DNA of 64,000 bases, from positions 2,848 through 66,847 of IMG/VR virus record IMGVR_UViG_3300023184_003926. One strand, given 5' to 3'. The first letter of the stretch is position 1; every line of letters starts with the position of its first letter. Origin of the DNA: a virus. The translations under genes and the position numbers were made by a program. Below are positions 1 through 9,541 of the stretch, one piece after another. The notes under the pieces were generated by a model. It was not told the DNA's origin. It saw only the letters and a list, made by a program, of their open reading frames with translations, and did not search any database.

Positions 1-130
1 TGCCGGTGCCTGCTGCGGTGTCTATGTATTGCTCAAAATTTTGTGCAGGTTCTCTTGACGCACAACACATGCGTCGTTCTGTTTGTGGACTCAAGTAGGT
101 ATGCACCCAAGGTGCCAGGCACAAGCTCAT
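1..130 (-). CDS. Partial radical SAM/twitch protein (N-terminus only; runs off the window edge)
   Basis: Not in the ORF track. Hand translation from ATG at 130 (ATGA overlap with the upstream stop) gives MSLCLAPWVHTYLSPQTERRMCCASRE, with the same CxxPW...CC N-terminal motif as the neighbouring radical SAM genes. Confidence 0.75.
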   Translation of the reverse strand, partial: MSLCLAPWVHTYLSPQTERRMCCASREPAQNFEQYIDTAAGTG

Positions 131-1332
131 TGGTAATCAATCAGGTCAGAAAATTCAGGAGCAACATCTCGCATGTTTTGATTGCGTTTTTGATCTAGAT
201 CACGTATTTTCATGCGCAACATAAATCCATCTGTGCTGGCCCCAGTGTTCATAAAATCTACAATACGATCAAACTCCGCACGATACTGTGGCGGCACATC
301 TGATGAACGTAAATGTTCTGTAATTGCAGCTTTGGCCGTGTCTGGCAATGTGGCAATACTGAAGTACCAAGCATCATGCATCATGTTCCAGTATACAAAA
401 TCAAACCGTTGCAGTGCCACCCATTGGGCCAGTTGATCAATATAGCGCACATTGAATACGTTCACAGTGCTACAGCATTGTAATTGCAAGTTGGGCATGG
501 ACTCTTGCAAGTATTGGAAACTTGTGATGTTGTCTAGTACCGCCGCCCAGTCTGCATTGGTGCGTTGATATTCAAATCTAGCCCCTATATCATCAATACT
601 AAATGCAATTTCTACAGTTTTAAAATGTCTCCAAATTGCTTCTCCTCTAGCAGGATAATGTGTGCCATTAGTGTTGTAGTGTATTTCAACCTGGTGTGCG
701 ATACCACGGGCCACAATGCCTTGCAACATATCAAAGTGTTCGTCGATCATGAACGGTTCGCCACCAGTGAATTCAATGTAACGAATGTCTGTCAGCACAC
801 TGTCAATCTGCTGCCAGAACTGTGCGTTCTCTCTGGGCCAAGCGCCGGCACGTAGCATTTGATATGCATGACTTGACTTTTGTTGCTCACGTGGTAACTG
901 ATTGATTTCTTCTGTGGCAAACTGACTGCTGCTCCATGATCCGCAGATGCGACATTTCAAATTGCAAATGTTTCCCAGTTTCAAATCCAAGAACATCAAG
1001 GGCTTGGCATCTGCTGTCCATTCTGTATCTGTTATACTGTGCTTGAGTCTGTCCAAGGTGTGCATGCGTTTGCTTGTACGGCCACCACGTTCTTCATTCC
1101 AACACTTGCGACATGTCTGGGGTCGTTCACCAGCAAGAAATTGCTCACGTAATCCACGCATGTGATTTGAGTTTTGTATGTCTGCAAAGTTGGCTGTGCT
1201 TAATTCAAATTTGTTACCAGTGTCATCTAATATTTCGTCATCAGCTAAACAACAAGGGCGCACTGTACCTATTGGTGAGGCCTCAATGCTGATCCAAGGT
1301 AACACACAGAATTTGTCGTGTGGTATATTCAT
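127..1332 (-). CDS. Radical SAM protein with N-terminal SPASM/twitch-like Cys module
   Basis: CNLKCRIC (CxxxCxxC), GGEP and YNTNG motifs; N-terminal FCVLPW...RPCC...CRKCW. Confidence 0.9.
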   Translation of the reverse strand: MNIPHDKFCVLPWISIEASPIGTVRPCCLADDEILDDTGNKFELSTANFADIQNSNHMRGLREQFLAGERPQTCRKCWNEERGGRTSKRMHTLDRLKHSITDTEWTADAKPLMFLDLKLGNICNLKCRICGSWSSSQFATEEINQLPREQQKSSHAYQMLRAGAWPRENAQFWQQIDSVLTDIRYIEFTGGEPFMIDEHFDMLQGIVARGIAHQVEIHYNTNGTHYPARGEAIWRHFKTVEIAFSIDDIGARFEYQRTNADWAAVLDNITSFQYLQESMPNLQLQCCSTVNVFNVRYIDQLAQWVALQRFDFVYWNMMHDAWYFSIATLPDTAKAAITEHLRSSDVPPQYRAEFDRIVDFMNTGASTDGFMLRMKIRDLDQKRNQNMRDVAPEFSDLIDYQ

Positions 1333-2591
1333 TTTAATGCTGCCAATTCTGGAATTACATCCATGATATTTTCTCGTCGCATGTCATCTAACTCGTGTGT
1401 TTTGCGCCAGAATGTGTCCAACAAATGTGTATTGTCCGTAGCCATCATAAACTTGATAGCACTTTCAAATCCCACTGTGGCTCGTTGCAGTGGGTCCTGA
1501 TTTTTCAGCCAGTTAATATGATCAGTGAACTTTGTTAGTAATTGTTCTTTGTATTCTGCAGGCGCGATATCTATTCTGTAATGTAGCGGATCTTGTAATA
1601 TGTTTACATTTAAATCTTGCGCATGAATCAATCCACGTTCTACCCAGTCTCTATGAAAGTTTGGCAGGTGCCATGCGTTCATTATACTCAAGGTGGGTGA
1701 GATGTAAAAGTCTACTCGGGGGCATATTGCTAACATTTCTTGGCGATTGCGTTCTACCACTGCCCAGTCTGTGCCTTTGCGAATGTATTCTGCACGTGAC
1801 CCCGAGTCATCAAGACTGGCACCTACTGCTACACTGTCAAATTGCTTCCAATATTCAAATACGCTTTTGCCTTTAAGTTCAGTATGCGTAAAGTTTGTGT
1901 TGTAAATCAATCGCACATCAAAGCGTTTTCTTTTGACTAATTCTGCTAGGATGTTGTAATGTTCTTCCATCAGCAATGGCTCGCCGCCAGCAAAGTAAAT
2001 TTGCTCTACATAATCCAAGTGTGGTTCTAGTTGTTGCCACATGTCCGTCTCAGTACGTCCTGCGTAGTTCAACACAGTGTTGCGATCCTTCCAATCGCCG
2101 CCGGCAAGTCGGGCTTGGTCTTGATACCATTGGCTGCTGAATATGTGTCCGCAACTGCGGCATTTTAAATTGCACAAGTTTGAAAAACGAATATCCCAAT
2201 AAGTCATTTCAAAAGGATTCTCGTCTAATTTCTTAATCTGATGGCCGTGGTGCTTGTTGGCCGATTTGCGTCCACTAAAAAAACCATTGGCTTCTTGTTC
2301 ATAGCAACGTCCACAGGCAGCATTTGGTATTTCTGTCAACATGTCCTGGCGTAGTTGTTGCATGGGTGCATCAGTCCATATTTCTTCTAGAGTATTCTTG
2401 CGGCAATTACCAACTTGACCTACTGCCATTTCAGCATGGCAGCAAGGATATGCTTCTCCTGTGGGATAGGCATGCAAATGTATCCAAGGATATATGCAAA
2501 ACGTTTTTGAGTCTGTCAGTAAAAACTGCTCACGCTCAGTTAACTCTGTTGGATGCACTAAGTCTGTACTGTTATACTTGTATTGAGTCAT
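1329..2591 (-). CDS. Radical SAM protein with N-terminal SPASM/twitch-like Cys module
   Basis: CNLKCRSC, AGGEP and YNTN motifs; N-terminal FCIYPW...YPCC...CGRCY. Confidence 0.9.
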   Translation of the reverse strand: MTQYKYNSTDLVHPTELTEREQFLLTDSKTFCIYPWIHLHAYPTGEAYPCCHAEMAVGQVGNCRKNTLEEIWTDAPMQQLRQDMLTEIPNAACGRCYEQEANGFFSGRKSANKHHGHQIKKLDENPFEMTYWDIRFSNLCNLKCRSCGHIFSSQWYQDQARLAGGDWKDRNTVLNYAGRTETDMWQQLEPHLDYVEQIYFAGGEPLLMEEHYNILAELVKRKRFDVRLIYNTNFTHTELKGKSVFEYWKQFDSVAVGASLDDSGSRAEYIRKGTDWAVVERNRQEMLAICPRVDFYISPTLSIMNAWHLPNFHRDWVERGLIHAQDLNVNILQDPLHYRIDIAPAEYKEQLLTKFTDHINWLKNQDPLQRATVGFESAIKFMMATDNTHLLDTFWRKTHELDDMRRENIMDVIPELAALK

Positions 2592-3915
2592 ACCATTTGC
2601 TTAATTCAGGAAAACACTTGTCAAAGTTTTTGCCACGACGTTGATCGTATTGAGTATAAAACTGTCGAAAGTCATTCAACAACTTGGGCATTTCAAATGC
2701 TTCTGAGTGCGGTGTTTTTACCACATCCAAATAATCAATTAATCGCTGTACATGATTGATTTCATGTTCGTGTAAGCAAGGATTGTGTTGATTATGAAAC
2801 AACCAGGCTTGGAGTTTTAGTCGATAACCATTGCGCAGGTCATCTGGCAACACTAGAGCACTCTGGAAGCTGGGAAAGCGTAGGATGTTCAACGTAAAAT
2901 TAATTTTATCACTTCCATATTTTTGTTTCAACGCCAACAGCATGTTCAAGTTATCAACTAATGTGGTCAAACACAAGGCATTGATTGTGCCCATGACGTG
3001 TATCTTGTTGACAAAGTTGCCTTCCAGCAAGTACAACATGTTACCAAACCACTGATCAAAGTCTAGTCCATCTCTGATGTATTCTGCTTGTTTGAATGTG
3101 GCTTCCATTGATGTGTACACCTCCACATCGGGCAGTGTACGAATAGCTGCGCCAAACTCCATCATCTTAGGCAAGTCAATTCCCAAGTTTGAATTGATTG
3201 CTAGGCGTGTGGTACTGCGTCCTTGATTGGTTTTGAACCATTCTATCAGTTTCCAGGTATAACCCGACATCAGCGGTTCGCCGCCTGTTATTCTGAGCTC
3301 TTGCAGTGTTCTGTAGAGGTCTCGTTCCCACCAGTCAAAGAAGGCATCCACGTAAGGATTAGTCTCACCGAATTTATAAAGTTGACTGCTATCATGAGTG
3401 TGAGTAAAATGGTTCCTGCCATCGCTAACCAACCCGTTGTAGGGTCCATGCCGGCGTATATCATTGACCCAAGTGGAACTAAAAGCAGGATTGCAATAAG
3501 AACAAGCAAATTGACAAGTACGATCGAAACTGATTTCCAATGTTCTAAGATTAACATCATCTTGGATGGGTGTGTTGACTGCTTCATGTAGTGCCTTTAT
3601 GGGATAAATTTTTGATTTGTACACACGGTCGCTTACTGCGTTGGTGTCCATGTCTTCAATCTTCCAGCAGTATTCACAGCCTGCAGGACGTTCACCAGCC
3701 AACATCTTGCGCCGGTCTTCTTTCTTTTGATCAGAATTGTGCAGCAGCCTAGAGTTGTTATTGACTTTATCAGCGTCAATCAAATGAGCTGGCGGGTGAT
3801 GGCAACTTGTGGTCTGCCCACTTCCTAACCAAATGGTAGCATTGTACCATTTTGCTGCACAAAAACTTGAGGACACCGGGTCCAACACCTGTTGTTTAAA
3901 TTCTAAATCATTCAT
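2572..3915 (-). CDS. Radical SAM protein with N-terminal twitch-like module
   Basis: CQFACSYC and TGGEP motifs; N-terminal FCAAKW...SCHHP...CEYCW. Confidence 0.9.
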   Translation of the reverse strand: MNDLEFKQQVLDPVSSSFCAAKWYNATIWLGSGQTTSCHHPPAHLIDADKVNNNSRLLHNSDQKKEDRRKMLAGERPAGCEYCWKIEDMDTNAVSDRVYKSKIYPIKALHEAVNTPIQDDVNLRTLEISFDRTCQFACSYCNPAFSSTWVNDIRRHGPYNGLVSDGRNHFTHTHDSSQLYKFGETNPYVDAFFDWWERDLYRTLQELRITGGEPLMSGYTWKLIEWFKTNQGRSTTRLAINSNLGIDLPKMMEFGAAIRTLPDVEVYTSMEATFKQAEYIRDGLDFDQWFGNMLYLLEGNFVNKIHVMGTINALCLTTLVDNLNMLLALKQKYGSDKINFTLNILRFPSFQSALVLPDDLRNGYRLKLQAWLFHNQHNPCLHEHEINHVQRLIDYLDVVKTPHSEAFEMPKLLNDFRQFYTQYDQRRGKNFDKCFPELSKWYDSIQV

Positions 3916-5017
3916 TTATATATTGGGCTAACCGGTTGGGCAGTTCTGCACGTTCTCGAGCATTGTGTTCTCGAAGTTGTTGATAGTTGTATTTACAAAT
4001 GGGTTCAGCAGCCTCCAAGAAACTAGCAGCACCATTATAACATATATCTGCCACAACGTCAACGATGCGATCGGCACGATCTTTTGCATTATCTATATGA
4101 TCAAAACTTTCGTCTATCAAATGAGCGAATGTTTGAAATCCTGCTCGGTGCAAATCTTTGTAGTAATCACGATTGGCCGCTGCCACAAATGGATGACACA
4201 TGATCATGGGCTTCCAGATCTTCTCTGTACGGAATGTGTAAGGATAATCAAATATGGTTTCGGTCACAACACTAAAGTAGGTGTCAATATACGGAGCAGG
4301 ATTGACTTCGGCATCGCCCCAGGTGTTGCCAAACAAATGATGTTTTATAAATCCTGTTGGTACATTGTCCATGTTAGGCAAAGCACGATCAATTTCGTAT
4401 TGTGGGGGCAACAATCGCACAGGTTCAGACTCACTGGGTCGCAATATGCTGCTCCAAGAAAAGTCCACCTCGCCTTGCAAGTTGGTCCATAATGCACGAT
4501 CCAGTAACCCACGTGATCGAAATGCATCTATCAAATACTTGCGGTGTGGCCTTAGTCGCCCATTTAAAAACAAAAAGTCATAAGGTTTATTGACCTTGCG
4601 ATACACTTGCGGGCACGATTCGTGCGCACGTAAGTTCTCTAAATATTCTACAATATTTGAAAAATAACAATCTGTCTTGCAATAACGCCAAGGTATTTCT
4701 AAATTACCTGATGCTAATAATCCAATTCTTCCATCTTGTACAAAATTTGTAATTACCAATCTACGCAGTTGTAATAATATAGTTTCACTACCTTCTGCAG
4801 GATTGGAAAATATAATATGACCTGGGTGTTTTGTGGCCCATTCAGTTACGGCCTGCCAATTTTCTTTGAGAACAACTCTACCTATGACATAAATGGCATT
4901 GGGATCTAGTTCCTTGGGCCACTGCCAAAAACTGTCATCAGCATAAGGCTTGAGCAAGTCCCATACTTCGGCCCATTCATCCACAATAATTCTACGATTG
5001 CCTAGCATGATACGCAC
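3908..5017 (-). CDS. Putative glycosyltransferase-like protein (C-terminal motif resembling GT10/GT-B)
   Basis: FLFLNGRLRPHR and YFSVVTET...FRTEKIWKPM...PFV resemble the GT10 alpha-1,3-fucosyltransferase signature (Y.F.L.FEN...Y.TEK). It sits within the GT/radical SAM operon. Confidence 0.45.
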   Translation of the reverse strand: MRIMLGNRRIIVDEWAEVWDLLKPYADDSFWQWPKELDPNAIYVIGRVVLKENWQAVTEWATKHPGHIIFSNPAEGSETILLQLRRLVITNFVQDGRIGLLASGNLEIPWRYCKTDCYFSNIVEYLENLRAHESCPQVYRKVNKPYDFLFLNGRLRPHRKYLIDAFRSRGLLDRALWTNLQGEVDFSWSSILRPSESEPVRLLPPQYEIDRALPNMDNVPTGFIKHHLFGNTWGDAEVNPAPYIDTYFSVVTETIFDYPYTFRTEKIWKPMIMCHPFVAAANRDYYKDLHRAGFQTFAHLIDESFDHIDNAKDRADRIVDVVADICYNGAASFLEAAEPICKYNYQQLREHNARERAELPNRLAQYINE

Positions 5018-6392
5018 ACTCCTCCCACCATGATTTCATCTCCGGAAATGTCTTTACGAAGTCTGTACCGCGTCTGCGGTCGTGTTCACTAAAGAAACGA
5101 TAAAAGTCTGCTTGAGCACGTGAGTGATCGTTCAGTTGTGTAGACCGCATCCAGGCAATGTCACGATCCAGTCGGTGCAGTTCATAGTCCTTGAATCCTT
5201 TGAATGGTTCCGCTTCTGTTTCAATCTGTCGTATCATCCAAGCCCACAACCATTCCAGTTTTTCGGCATAACTCTCTGGCAGGATTTGTAAGCTCTGCCA
5301 GGCAGGTTCACGTAGTACAGGTGTGTCAAACCACACACGTTGATAGTCTGTACTGTATACCTTGCGCAACCCCAATATACCAGCAAACAGTTTGTCTAAA
5401 CTGGTCACACTCAAGTTGTTCACTGTGACAATAAATGTAAGACTTGAGTAATTGGGCACTTCTGTAAGGAACTGATTTACTCGATCCCATAACAAGTCAA
5501 AGTCCAGGCCATGACGCATGTATTCTGCTTGCTCGCCCCAACCATCCAGGCTCACGTACTGCATGAAATGTTCAATACGCCCATCACAAATCTGTTTTAC
5601 ATAACTCAAATATTTCTGCCATGACTTTTCATCTACTGAGAAGTTGCTTGTGACATTTAAATGCAGTCGAGGACTAGGGTTCTCCAGCACATAATCAAAC
5701 ACCCGATAGGTATTTTTGTCCAGCAGTGGTTCACCACCAGTCATACGAAAATGTTCTAGGTGCGGATACAGTGTGGGCCACCAGTCCCAGAAAGCGTCAA
5801 CATAAGGATTTGATTCTCGAACGGGAATGGGCTGTCGTTGGCCCACAAAATGCTCAGGAGCATTATGAGGACTGCTAGTAGGATAAGCACCATGCCTTGT
5901 AACTTCGTCCTGCCAAGAGCTTGAAAACTGAGGGCTACAATAACTACACTTGAGATTACAAGCATGGTTGAAATTAACTTCAACATAACTGGGGATAACA
6001 TCTTCGTCTCCTGTTGAATTTTTTATTGATTCAAAGTCAACTGCGGCCCAGGGTTCACCTGAACGGTAGTGACGGTCACTTAGTTTGCCCGCATCTTCCA
6101 TGTTCCAACAATATTGACATTCGCTAGGACGTTGGCCACTCAGCATAAGTTTACGTTGTTGTTTTTTATATTTGGTGTTGTGCAATGCAGAAACATCTAT
6201 TTTGATCTCTGCAGGATCAATGGCGTGCAATGGAGGATGATAGCATGAGTTGTTCATGCCTGTGGTCAAGTGCAGACTGACCTGCTTCCACTTGGCCAAA
6301 CACAATGCCGGACCCAACTTATCATGCATTTGTTCAGCAGAGGTCAAGAACTTGCTTTTAGTCCCAACAGACTCATCGCCTTTGTTCATCAC
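4992..6392 (-). CDS. Radical SAM protein with N-terminal twitch-like module (paralogue of 2572-3915)
   Basis: CNLKCSYC and TGGEP motifs; N-terminal LCLAKW...SCYHP...CQYCW. Confidence 0.9.
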   Translation of the reverse strand: MMNKGDESVGTKSKFLTSAEQMHDKLGPALCLAKWKQVSLHLTTGMNNSCYHPPLHAIDPAEIKIDVSALHNTKYKKQQRKLMLSGQRPSECQYCWNMEDAGKLSDRHYRSGEPWAAVDFESIKNSTGDEDVIPSYVEVNFNHACNLKCSYCSPQFSSSWQDEVTRHGAYPTSSPHNAPEHFVGQRQPIPVRESNPYVDAFWDWWPTLYPHLEHFRMTGGEPLLDKNTYRVFDYVLENPSPRLHLNVTSNFSVDEKSWQKYLSYVKQICDGRIEHFMQYVSLDGWGEQAEYMRHGLDFDLLWDRVNQFLTEVPNYSSLTFIVTVNNLSVTSLDKLFAGILGLRKVYSTDYQRVWFDTPVLREPAWQSLQILPESYAEKLEWLWAWMIRQIETEAEPFKGFKDYELHRLDRDIAWMRSTQLNDHSRAQADFYRFFSEHDRRRGTDFVKTFPEMKSWWEECAYHARQS

Positions 6393-7315
6393 CAGCCTTC
6401 TTGTTGGCGTATGACATCAATCTCTCGTGTCATTATGCCACGATTGTGCCAGTTTGAACGATAATGTTGTTTGAAGAATCGACTTTGTTCACCTTCAAAG
6501 ATGGCCATGGGCAAGTCCAATTGCCCGTACAAGTCATCCGCCACTCGGCCACCTAGCAGTCTGGGGTCTGAATCTTTTACTGAATCCCAGATTTCAGCCA
6601 ATGCATCAAAGTCTTGCACCTGTCGGTGATCCCAGTTTGTGAGCATGGTCATGTATGTGCCCTGTCTGGCACCGGCCATGGCCCACTGTCCATTGTTGAC
6701 GTCTGCACCAATGTTGTGCCATATGGTCAAGTGATCCAAGTTGCGTTGATGCACTTGCTGTTGAAATTCTTCCACTGTGGGTTTAGCACCTCGGCTCAGG
6801 CACATCTTTACACCTTCGCGGAAGCCGGCACGCCAGGCTTGAAATGCTGATGCATTAGGATATGTGGTTGAGTAGCAGTCGTACATGGACCAATACAAGG
6901 GATCAAAACAAAACTCCACTTCGGTTTCTGTACGCCCGTCTGTAGCTTCGTGTGTGCGCATGTTAAACACAAACTCTTTGGTCCATGAACTCAAGCCGCC
7001 GTTGCCATACATCAGGCCATTGATGTGATTTCTTGCTCGCCAACGAAACACTGCTTGTTCCCAGTCTGGTGTGTCAAATGTCAATGTTTGATTGAAGAAC
7101 ACTGCATCAGGAATGTTGTCACCGTCAATCAAGATAAAACGTTCAGTAGTACTGGCTGTGGCAGCGGCTTTGTGTGCCGCGTCTGATCCTTTTATGCCAT
7201 CTACTCGTGTGGCCCACGGTACCATGTTCTTGATCTTTACCCAAAACTCTTCTTTTTCAGGTTCGTCATAACTCAAGTACACACAGTCCAAGTCTGCAAT
7301 GTCAATTTGATTCAT
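6389..7315 (-). CDS. Putative GT-A fold glycosyltransferase
   Basis: FILIDGDN (DxD after a hydrophobic strand) preceded by AHKAAA. Start reassigned to ATG 7315 (MNQID), which overlaps the upstream gene end. Confidence 0.6.
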   Translation of the reverse strand: MNQIDIADLDCVYLSYDEPEKEEFWVKIKNMVPWATRVDGIKGSDAAHKAAATASTTERFILIDGDNIPDAVFFNQTLTFDTPDWEQAVFRWRARNHINGLMYGNGGLSSWTKEFVFNMRTHEATDGRTETEVEFCFDPLYWSMYDCYSTTYPNASAFQAWRAGFREGVKMCLSRGAKPTVEEFQQQVHQRNLDHLTIWHNIGADVNNGQWAMAGARQGTYMTMLTNWDHRQVQDFDALAEIWDSVKDSDPRLLGGRVADDLYGQLDLPMAIFEGEQSRFFKQHYRSNWHNRGIMTREIDVIRQQEGW

Positions 7316-7637
7316 ATGTTTGTTTGCTCCATTTGGTATGAGGTTGGTCCTCGGCAACGATTACAGCGACATTGTCAGGATGACAAGGGGATCCAGAGTT
7401 ACCGGGGACCAATTTTGTTGTGGTTGCCCACGTTACTTGCACTAGTCGTCCGTTGCGTACACGCACATTGCTGGCACCACGGTGATATTCTTCCGGTGTT
7501 ATCTCAATATATGTACCAAGTTCGTGTGCCATGCTGTAGAATAATGGGAGACCCTCGGCATTGTGGTATAATCTAAAGAATGGTGCTGGTGGCAATGGCG
7601 CATCTTGCAATAGTTTTTGTAAATCTTCAGGTGTCAT
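7302..7637 (-). CDS. Hypothetical protein in the modification operon
   Basis: Start reassigned to ATG 7637 (MTPEDL), giving an ATGA overlap with the upstream stop at 7634. Confidence 0.65.
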   Translation of the reverse strand: MTPEDLQKLLQDAPLPPAPFFRLYHNAEGLPLFYSMAHELGTYIEITPEEYHRGASNVRVRNGRLVQVTWATTTKLVPGNSGSPCHPDNVAVIVAEDQPHTKWSKQTYESN

Positions 7638-8401
7638 GCTCGCCATTCTTTTACATTGTAATGAAATGCGCCGGTCTGTGCTACTGTTTGTATGCGCAGT
7701 CGTAAATCCTGATATTCCCAAACAAGCTCTTTGGCCCAGGCTTCTGTGGCAGTTCCTGCTGTGTGTCTTTTCATGTGTACAATCTTGGGATATGTACTGA
7801 ATGGCATTGTCACGCGATCTCGGCCCATGATTTCAGCAGCCATGGCATACACTAAATCAGTTGACGGAATTTCATCTGGAAACTTCAACAGTTTTTTAAA
7901 CTCTGTCCAGTTGGCAAATATCTGTGCCACCCACCCAAAAAACTCCTTGGCAGTTGCACTACGCCGCCAGTATGTGATGGCATTGTATACATCTGGTAAG
8001 TTGTTAACATCAAACACTCGGCGGTAATGTCTTGCTGTGCTCACGCGGTCTTGCCAATCTCTACAGCCTGTACTGATTACAATATCTCTATGCCTAAACT
8101 GTGCCCACCAATGGTCAATTGGGCTCACAATCAACATGTCTGCTTCTAGTTTGATGGTTTCACGAAATGGTGTCAGGGCAAATAGTTGTGCATCGTTGGC
8201 AAATGGATTTGCCTCAGGCACAATCTGTCTGTGATGATCATACAAGGGGTCAGTGTAAGGGCTGTCTGTGACCAAACAGATTTTTGCACTTGGATCCCAG
8301 TAGCGTATGGTCTTGGCTAGAGTTCTAGCACAGTCCAAGTAATCAACCGTGTCGCTGTTGACTGCAACAATTAAGTAACCTTGTTCATCCGTTGGCTGCA
8401 A
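7634..8401 (-). CDS. Putative GT-A glycosyltransferase (GT8/mannosyltransferase-like)
   Basis: TPFRETIKLEADM (xAD motif), STDLVYAMA and IVHMK motifs; paralogue of the adjacent gene; TTG start. Confidence 0.65.
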   Translation of the reverse strand: MQPTDEQGYLIVAVNSDTVDYLDCARTLAKTIRYWDPSAKICLVTDSPYTDPLYDHHRQIVPEANPFANDAQLFALTPFRETIKLEADMLIVSPIDHWWAQFRHRDIVISTGCRDWQDRVSTARHYRRVFDVNNLPDVYNAITYWRRSATAKEFFGWVAQIFANWTEFKKLLKFPDEIPSTDLVYAMAAEIMGRDRVTMPFSTYPKIVHMKRHTAGTATEAWAKELVWEYQDLRLRIQTVAQTGAFHYNVKEWRA

Positions 8402-9182
8402 CTATCACCTCCAGGTGTTTCTTGCACATGGCATGGAAGTCCATGCCTTTCCAACTCATGGTTTTTAATCTACCTTCTGTGTTGGTGTATTCAATTTCAT
8501 AATGATCCTGTTCGACACAAGTCAATTTGTGTTCAGGCATGATATTAAACATAGGTTTTGATATAGCATGCACTGATTGTTCAGCGCCTGCCACTAGGCC
8601 CAGGGCAATACTCAGGGCATAGTCATTGCGATAGTTGCTTTGGTGAATGCCGTACAAGTCTCGATAGTGTTGCCAGTTGTTGCGTATCATTTGCATTGAA
8701 TCAAATATGTATTGGCTGATGTTGCCACGACGGAACATCATCACAGTGGCCCACCACATGGGCATATTATACGCACCAAATGTGTCAAGATTGGTCATGC
8801 TGCTGGGCTCAAAAGCATCCTTAAAGGCCGCAAATTGTTGCGGTATTTTCAGCACATCCAATAGTGAGTCACTGGCTATAACATAGTCAGCGTCCAACAC
8901 TAGTGTCTGATCAAACGGAGATAACTCGTATGCATTGATGCGTCCAGCATTGTGCCAGGTTATTGTTTGTTTGTAATCTGCAAAATATCTTGCACCGCCA
9001 GTGTCTGGCGCAGTTACAATGATGTGCTCAAAACTGTGCTCAGCGGCTGCTTCAGGATTGTCTGTGATCACAGCCACAGGCAAGTTCAAATGGCGACGAA
9101 TGTTCTTTGCCGACCATGCTGCCATGGCAATGTAATCTGTTGCCTCATTGTTGAATGCAAAGATTAACGCACCTTGTGTCAA
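8385..9182 (-). CDS. Putative GT-A glycosyltransferase (GT8-like)
   Basis: SPFDQTLVLDADY (DxD), RNDYALSIA and FHAMCK motifs. The probable start is TTG 9182 (TTGA overlap with the upstream stop at 9179). Confidence 0.7.
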   Translation of the reverse strand: MTQGALIFAFNNEATDYIAMAAWSAKNIRRHLNLPVAVITDNPEAAAEHSFEHIIVTAPDTGGARYFADYKQTITWHNAGRINAYELSPFDQTLVLDADYVIASDSLLDVLKIPQQFAAFKDAFEPSSMTNLDTFGAYNMPMWWATVMMFRRGNISQYIFDSMQMIRNNWQHYRDLYGIHQSNYRNDYALSIALGLVAGAEQSVHAISKPMFNIMPEHKLTCVEQDHYEIEYTNTEGRLKTMSWKGMDFHAMCKKHLEVIVAANG

Positions 9183-9487
9183 CGTCGTTGGTTTAGTTCG
9201 TCCCATTCCACTTTCCATGAGTTCATTTGTTCTTGCCAGCGTTCATGTGCTTGAGCAAACAAGTCTGTTATAACAATTTTAACAGGGGTTTCATACAAGT
9301 CTAGTATCACAACATCTTTGTCCTGTGCGCAGGCCAATAACACAGTCAGTAATTCTGGCCCAGCACGCCACATTCCACCAGCATGGGCAAACACCATCTT
9401 TGCTTGATATTTTTCTTTAAGCACTCGACGTGCGGCTGCATGATCAAATCGGGCTCGTGCATGAGCAACCAAGGCATCAGTATTCAT
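9179..9487 (-). CDS. Hypothetical protein, first gene of the modification operon
   Basis: 102-aa ORF directly after a sigma70-like promoter and coupled to the next gene. Confidence 0.7.
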   Translation of the reverse strand: MNTDALVAHARARFDHAAARRVLKEKYQAKMVFAHAGGMWRAGPELLTVLLACAQDKDVVILDLYETPVKIVITDLFAQAHERWQEQMNSWKVEWDELNQRR

Positions 9488-9492
9488 ACGTT

Positions 9493-9521
9493 ATTGTACA
9501 GGGAAAGTGGGAAGAAGTAAA
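9493..9521 (-). promoter_or_regulatory. Sigma70-like promoter for the radical SAM/GT operon
   Basis: Minus strand TTTACT-N17-TACAAT, ending 5 nt before ATG 9487. Confidence 0.55.
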
Positions 9522-9538
9522 GGGGCTGTTGCCCCTTT
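9519..9538 (-). terminator. Intrinsic terminator-like hairpin ending the tail operon
   Basis: AAAGGGGC-AACA-GCCCCTTT hairpin just after the stop of 9542-10531. Confidence 0.65.
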
Positions 9539-9541
9539 TGG

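Noticed and set aside
1-9487. Radical SAM cluster as a RiPP (peptide maturase) locus
   Set aside because: No precursor peptide, RRE/PqqD domain, protease or exporter is visible, and the neighbours are glycosyltransferases. It is not fully excluded because the operon continues outside the window.
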